Shown here: positions 59,461-64,000 of the stretch, piece by piece
Position numbering within the stretch: the stretch's first letter is position 1
Layout: each line of letters opens with the position of its first letter
Origin: an uncultured Acidobacteriota bacterium
GTDB lineage: Bacteria > Acidobacteriota > Vicinamibacteria > Vicinamibacterales > UBA8438
NCBI GenBank assembly: GCA_913043225.1
Contig: CAJWLU010000011.1
Coordinates: 32,001-96,000 of the forward strand
Length of the DNA stretch: 64,000 nt
Reading direction: 5' to 3'
Translations under genes and position numbers: made by a program
The notes under the pieces: model-generated
Database searches by the model: none
What the model saw: only the letters and a program-made list of their open reading frames with translations
What the model was told of the DNA's origin: nothing

Positions 59461-61236
59461 TCAGCCTTGCGTCTTCAGATGAAGATCACGCAGCTGATGC
59501 GAACTGACGGTCGACGGAGCGCCGCTCATCAGATCGACGGCCGCCGCGGTCTTCGGGAACGCCATCACGTCCCTGATTGAGGCTTCCCCGGCCAACAAAG
59601 CGATGATGCGGTCGACACCCAGGGCGATGCCGCCGTGGGGCGGCGTGCCGTACTCCAGAGCGTCAAGGAAGAAGCCGAAGCGCGACCGCGCCTCCTCGTC
59701 GCTGATCCCCAGTAAACTGAAGATCTGCTGCTGGAGCCTCTGGTCGTGGATCCGGATGCTCCCACCGCCGATCTCGCTCCCGTTCAACACCAAGTCGTAC
59801 GCCTTCGCCTTCACCCCGCCGAGATCGGAACTCAACCGCTCCCGATCTTCATCGCGAGGCGAGGTGAACGGGTGATGCATCGACATGAAACGACCTTCGG
59901 TATCGCTCCACTCGAACATCGGGAAATCGACGATCCAGGTCAGCGCGCGCCGTGACTCATCAATAAGCCCCTCGCGCTTGGCGAGACGCAGACGGAACTG
60001 ACCGAGCAACCCCGACGCCTCGTCAGACACGCCGGCCGCTACCAGAACGAGATCGTCCGCCCCGGCCTGTACAGCATCGAGCAGCGTATTGAGGTCGTCG
60101 GGCCCTGCCGCCTTGAGGATCGAGCTCTGCACCTCTCCGTCCTGCCCACGACGCGCCCACACCATTCCCTGCGCACCAAGCTCGATTGCCTCATCAACCA
60201 GCTTGTCGACCTGGCTCCGGGAGTAGCCGCCCGCGGCTGGCACCACGAGAGCCCGGACTACACCGCCGCCCGCCACGAGCTCGCGGAACACCCGGAACTG
60301 CGAGTCGGCAAACACCGCCGATACGTCTGCGATCGGCATTTCGAAGCGAAGATCGGGCTTGTCCGAGCCGTACCTGGCCATCGCCTCGGCATACGGCATG
60401 CGGGGAAACGGCGTCTCGACCGTCTCGCCGTTAGCGGCAAAGATCGCCTGCATGAGTCGCTCAACAACGCCGAACACTAGGTCCTGGGTGGCGAACGATA
60501 TCTCGAGGTCGATCTGGGTAAACTCAGGTTGACGGTCGGCACGCAGGTCCTCGTCGCGAAAACAACGCGCGATCTGGAAGTAGCGGTCCATCCCGGAAAT
60601 CATCAGCAACTGCTTGAAGATCTGAGGCGACTGCGGGAGGGCGAAAAACTCGCCAGAGTGCACGCGACTCGGCACGAGATAGTCGCGAGCGCCCTCGGGC
60701 GTCGACTTGGCGAGTACCGGGGTCTCGATGTCGAGAAATCCATCCGCATCGAGCGACTGGCGTACCGCCATCAGCACCCGATGCCTCAGCTTGATGTTGC
60801 GCTGCATCCGCTCTCGACGCAGATCCAGGTAGCGGTAGGTCAGTCGGATATCCTCGGAAACTGGCGTCTCTTCGGCAATCTGGAACGGCGGCCGCTTCGA
60901 CTGGTTCAGCACTGTCAATTCACGAATCGCCAACTCGACCTCGCCGGTGTCGATCTTCGGATTGTAGGTGTCCTCGGACCGACGCTCGATCGGACCGCTG
61001 ACCGCGATGACATCCTCGGGGCGCAACCGTTTCACCCTCGCCAGCATCTCTTCGTCGTCGCGCGCCACCAATTGGGTCACCCCGTAGCGGTCGCGAACAT
61101 CCACGAAAATAAGCGAACCGAGATCGCGTACTCGATGGACCCAGCCCATGAGAGTCGCCTCTGACCCCATGTCCACGGCCCGAAGGGCGCCGCATGTGTG
61201 TGTTCGTTGTCGTTGTGGTTCAGCCACGTGTCTCAA
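59461..61236 (-). CDS. aspS: Aspartate-tRNA ligase
   Basis: RTHTCG, TPEGARDY, LPQSPQ, FRDEDLRADRQPEF and PPHGGIALG; exact start uncertain. Confidence 0.97.
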   Translation of the reverse strand: MRHVAEPQRQRTHTCGALRAVDMGSEATLMGWVHRVRDLGSLIFVDVRDRYGVTQLVARDDEEMLARVKRLRPEDVIAVSGPIERRSEDTYNPKIDTGEVELAIRELTVLNQSKRPPFQIAEETPVSEDIRLTYRYLDLRRERMQRNIKLRHRVLMAVRQSLDADGFLDIETPVLAKSTPEGARDYLVPSRVHSGEFFALPQSPQIFKQLLMISGMDRYFQIARCFRDEDLRADRQPEFTQIDLEISFATQDLVFGVVERLMQAIFAANGETVETPFPRMPYAEAMARYGSDKPDLRFEMPIADVSAVFADSQFRVFRELVAGGGVVRALVVPAAGGYSRSQVDKLVDEAIELGAQGMVWARRGQDGEVQSSILKAAGPDDLNTLLDAVQAGADDLVLVAAGVSDEASGLLGQFRLRLAKREGLIDESRRALTWIVDFPMFEWSDTEGRFMSMHHPFTSPRDEDRERLSSDLGGVKAKAYDLVLNGSEIGGGSIRIHDQRLQQQIFSLLGISDEEARSRFGFFLDALEYGTPPHGGIALGVDRIIALLAGEASIRDVMAFPKTAAAVDLMSGAPSTVSSHQLRDLHLKTQG

Positions 61237-62489
61237 TCCGTTCGTGCCACCTGCAGCAGCGTCGCGGTTACCTGGTCACGTGCCACCGTCTGTTGCTGTC
61301 CGGTCTCCATCTCCTTGACGGTGACCTGATTGTTGGCGAGTTCGTCCTCACCCAGCAGGAGCACCCGCCGCGCCCCACTCCGATTCGCACGCTTCATCTG
61401 CGACTTCGATGACCGGTCTTCGTAGTCGATAAGCACCCGGAGCCCGGCATGACGGAGGTCTCGAGCCAGAAGTCGGGCTGCCGGCCACGACGCATTCCCG
61501 AACGCCACCACGAAGGCATCCACCGGCGCCGTCCCGGCGGCCTCACCGGGCAGCGCCAAAGCAAGGCGCTCGAGCCCAGCCGCGAACCCAATCCCCGGCC
61601 GGTCCGGTCCGCCGAGCTGCTTCACGAGCTGGTCGTAGCGACCACCCCCCAGCATGGCGTTCTGTGTACCTAGTGCCGAGCCGAGTACCTCGAAGGTCGT
61701 GCGGGTGTAGTAGTCGAGCCCACGGACCAGTCGGTGTGACACTCGGTAGAGAAGCCCGTATGCATCCAAGTGTTGTTTGACCGCGTCGAAGTGAGTCCGG
61801 CACGGCTCGCAGAGATAGTCCTCTGTCCGCGGGAGCGCCTCGATGATCGGCTGGTCCGCCGGGACCTTGCAGTCGAAGATCCGGAGCGGGTTCGTCTTGG
61901 CGCGCCGTCGACAGTCTCCGCACAACGAGTCGACCTGCTCGCCGAGCGCTTCGAGGAGCGCAGCGCTGAAGCCGGGACGGCACTCGGCGCAGCCGACCGA
62001 ATTAATGACCAGCTCGACCGCCTCGATACCGAGCTCGGCCACGAACGTGGCCGCCATCTCGATCACTTCGCCGTCGAGGGCGGGGTCGGTTACACCGAAC
62101 GCTTCGACGTCCAACTGGTGGAACTGCCGGTAGCGCCCCTTCTGCGGTCGTTCATAGCGGAACATCGGCCCCAGGCTGTAGAGCTTGGCAAACGGCAGCT
62201 CCTGCTCGAGCGCGTGCTGCACAAAGGCACGCACCATACTTGGAGTTGCTTCCGGCCGCAGAGTGACCCTCTCGCCGCCCTTGTCGGTGAAGGCGTACAT
62301 CTCTTTCTGGACGATATCGGTGGTCTCCCCCGTCCCTTTAGCGAACAACTCCTCCCGCTCGATCACAGGGGTACGGATCTCTGCGTAACCGTAGCGCTCG
62401 CAAACCGACCGCGCCACGCGCTCGACCCGCTGCCACCGGCCCACGTCGGCGGGAAGGATGTCCTGCGTGCCTTTAATTGCCGTAATCAC
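61233..62489 (-). CDS. hisS: Histidine-tRNA ligase
   Basis: KEMY, LRPEAT, FRYERPQKGRYRQF, LVRGLDYY and GGGRYD. Confidence 0.97.
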   Translation of the reverse strand: MITAIKGTQDILPADVGRWQRVERVARSVCERYGYAEIRTPVIEREELFAKGTGETTDIVQKEMYAFTDKGGERVTLRPEATPSMVRAFVQHALEQELPFAKLYSLGPMFRYERPQKGRYRQFHQLDVEAFGVTDPALDGEVIEMAATFVAELGIEAVELVINSVGCAECRPGFSAALLEALGEQVDSLCGDCRRRAKTNPLRIFDCKVPADQPIIEALPRTEDYLCEPCRTHFDAVKQHLDAYGLLYRVSHRLVRGLDYYTRTTFEVLGSALGTQNAMLGGGRYDQLVKQLGGPDRPGIGFAAGLERLALALPGEAAGTAPVDAFVVAFGNASWPAARLLARDLRHAGLRVLIDYEDRSSKSQMKRANRSGARRVLLLGEDELANNQVTVKEMETGQQQTVARDQVTATLLQVARTD

Positions 62490-62576
62490 CGAAATGTGTC
62501 CTCGTAGCCGACCCGCTCGCCCGCGACCAAGCCGAGCGCCGACTGGTATCGCCGGCGGTGACCCGCGCGACGGAGC

Positions 62577-63083
62577 CTAGACCTGTATGTCACGCTTGTA
62601 GCCGATGTAGTTTTCGGCGTAGCGAAGAATGGACGCGTCTTCCTCGTTGGTCGTCTGACGACGCACCTTGCCGGGACTACCCATGACCAGCGACCGGGGC
62701 GGGATCTCGGTACCCTCGGCCACGAGCGTGCCAGCCGCGATGATCGAGCCACTGCCAACCACGGCGCCGTTCAGCACGATGGCGCCCATGCCGATCAGGC
62801 AGCGGTCCTCGATCCGGCAGCCATGCAGAATCGCCCCATGCCCCACCGTTACGTCGTCTCCGAGCTTGGTGAAATGAAGGTTCTTCATCCCGTGCAGCAC
62901 GCACCCGTCCTGGATGTTGGTACGGGCGCCAATCTTGATCCAGTGTACGTCGCCCCGCAGGACAACATTCATCCAGACACTACTCTCTGCGCCGATCTCG
63001 ACGTCTCCGATGACCTGGGCGCTCTCGTCCACGAAGGCCGACTCGGCGACCCGGGGCGTCCCGGCAGGGTGAGACCGTAACAT
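62577..63083 (-). CDS. Gamma-carbonic anhydrase family (YrdA/CaiE-like) hexapeptide-repeat protein
   Basis: IGDV, LRGDV, NIQDGCVLH and VGHGAILHGC (three His ligands); start ATG 63083. Confidence 0.93.
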   Translation of the reverse strand: MLRSHPAGTPRVAESAFVDESAQVIGDVEIGAESSVWMNVVLRGDVHWIKIGARTNIQDGCVLHGMKNLHFTKLGDDVTVGHGAILHGCRIEDRCLIGMGAIVLNGAVVGSGSIIAAGTLVAEGTEIPPRSLVMGSPGKVRRQTTNEEDASILRYAENYIGYKRDIQV

Positions 63084-63164
63084 CAACCGGAAATTATACG
63101 TGAAAGGACATTTGTCCCTGTTAGCACCGAGCGCCACGACAAGCGCCGGTGGCATAATGAAGCC

Positions 63165-64000
63165 ATGAGCGTCCTGGATCGCCGCGGACGGCCCCTGACC
63201 AGTTTGCGCGTATCGGTGACCGACCGCTGCAACCTCCGGTGTCAATACTGCATGCCGGAACAAGACTACGTCTGGCTACCCCGAAAGGACCTACTCAGCT
63301 TCGAGGAAATCTCAAGCCTGGTGGACATCTTCGCATCGGTGGGCACAGACCGCGTCCGGATCACGGGTGGTGAGCCGCTCCTCCGCAAGGACCTGCCCGA
63401 CCTGATTGCGCTGCTTACCCAGAAGCCGGTGCTTGCGGACCTGGCGCTCACTACCAACGGCATCCTACTCGGTGACCAGGTGGACGCGCTCCGGGCCGCC
63501 GGACTCCCGAGACTCACCGTCAGCCTCGACTCGTTAAACCCCGATCGGTTCGAGCGGCTCACCCGCTTCCGCAACCTTGACGCGGTGCTCGCCGGCCTAG
63601 CGCGGGCGGCTGGCGCCGGCTTCGATAGTCTGAAGATCGACACCGTGGTCATCCGAGGTGTCAACGACGACGAGCTTGTGGCCCTGATCGAGCACGGGCG
63701 CGGTGTGGGCGCCGAGGTGCGGTTCATTGAGTACATGGACGTGGGAGGTGCGACGCGGTGGTCGATCGCCGACGTGGTGCCCCGTCGGGAGATGCTGCAC
63801 CGGTTGGGCGAACACTACGGACCGATCACACCAGTCGCCGAGTCGACCTCGGCGCCGGCCGACCGCTTCACACTGCCTGACGGCACGACCTTCGGCATCA
63901 TCTCGTCGACAACCGAGCCGTTCTGCCGCCTGTGTGATCGGAGCCGGCTGACGGCCGACGGCATGTGGTATCGCTGCCTGTATGCGCAGGACGGTACCGA
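63165..64000 (+). CDS. moaA: GTP 3',8-cyclase MoaA, 3'-partial (absent from the ORF track)
   Basis: MSVLDRRGRPLTSLRVSVTDRCNLRCQYCMP, TGGEPLLR, TTNG, RFIEYM and FCRLCDRSRLTADG...CLY; runs off the window end. Confidence 0.95.
   Translation, partial: MSVLDRRGRPLTSLRVSVTDRCNLRCQYCMPEQDYVWLPRKDLLSFEEISSLVDIFASVGTDRVRITGGEPLLRKDLPDLIALLTQKPVLADLALTTNGILLGDQVDALRAAGLPRLTVSLDSLNPDRFERLTRFRNLDAVLAGLARAAGAGFDSLKIDTVVIRGVNDDELVALIEHGRGVGAEVRFIEYMDVGGATRWSIADVVPRREMLHRLGEHYGPITPVAESTSAPADRFTLPDGTTFGIISSTTEPFCRLCDRSRLTADGMWYRCLYAQDGT

Noticed and set aside
63084..63164. Moco riboswitch upstream of moaA
   Set aside because: The intergenic space is an 81-nt divergent promoter region with a -10 box right before the ATG, leaving no room for one.

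Overview
High-GC (roughly 65% by eye) bacterial chromosome segment. Gene content and order point to Acidobacteriota, probably Vicinamibacteria/subdivision 6 (inference from protein families, not from a marker gene). The left ~34 kb is accessory and rich in exported and redox proteins: a diheme cytochrome c plus PQQ-type dehydrogenase pair, a type III PKS / FAD oxidoreductase / methyltransferase operon, a heme c plus copper-monooxygenase-like protein with a secreted partner, TlpA, a matrixin with a duplicated unnamed domain, an M48 peptidase, hisC, a radical SAM/SPASM enzyme, VKOR, CLC and DASS transporters, and tatA. The right ~30 kb is mostly housekeeping: hpt, tRNA-Val(CAC), uvrB, greA, rarA, mutL, ppdK, glyQS, recO, mgtE, era, ybeY, phoH, aspS, hisS and a partial moaA. 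The best hidden signal is a signal-peptide-bearing peroxiredoxin (33241-33774, minus strand) that the ORF track splits in two. It has an in-frame TGA at the peroxidatic Cys position followed by a SECIS-like hairpin, so it is very probably a selenoprotein. Several apparently intergenic stretches are decayed gene remnants (IS1-type transposase, alpha/beta hydrolase, Skp/OmpH, VWA, YbjQ). No CRISPR array, rRNA, prophage or intact mobile element was seen. All calls come from motif recognition by eye; no searches were run.
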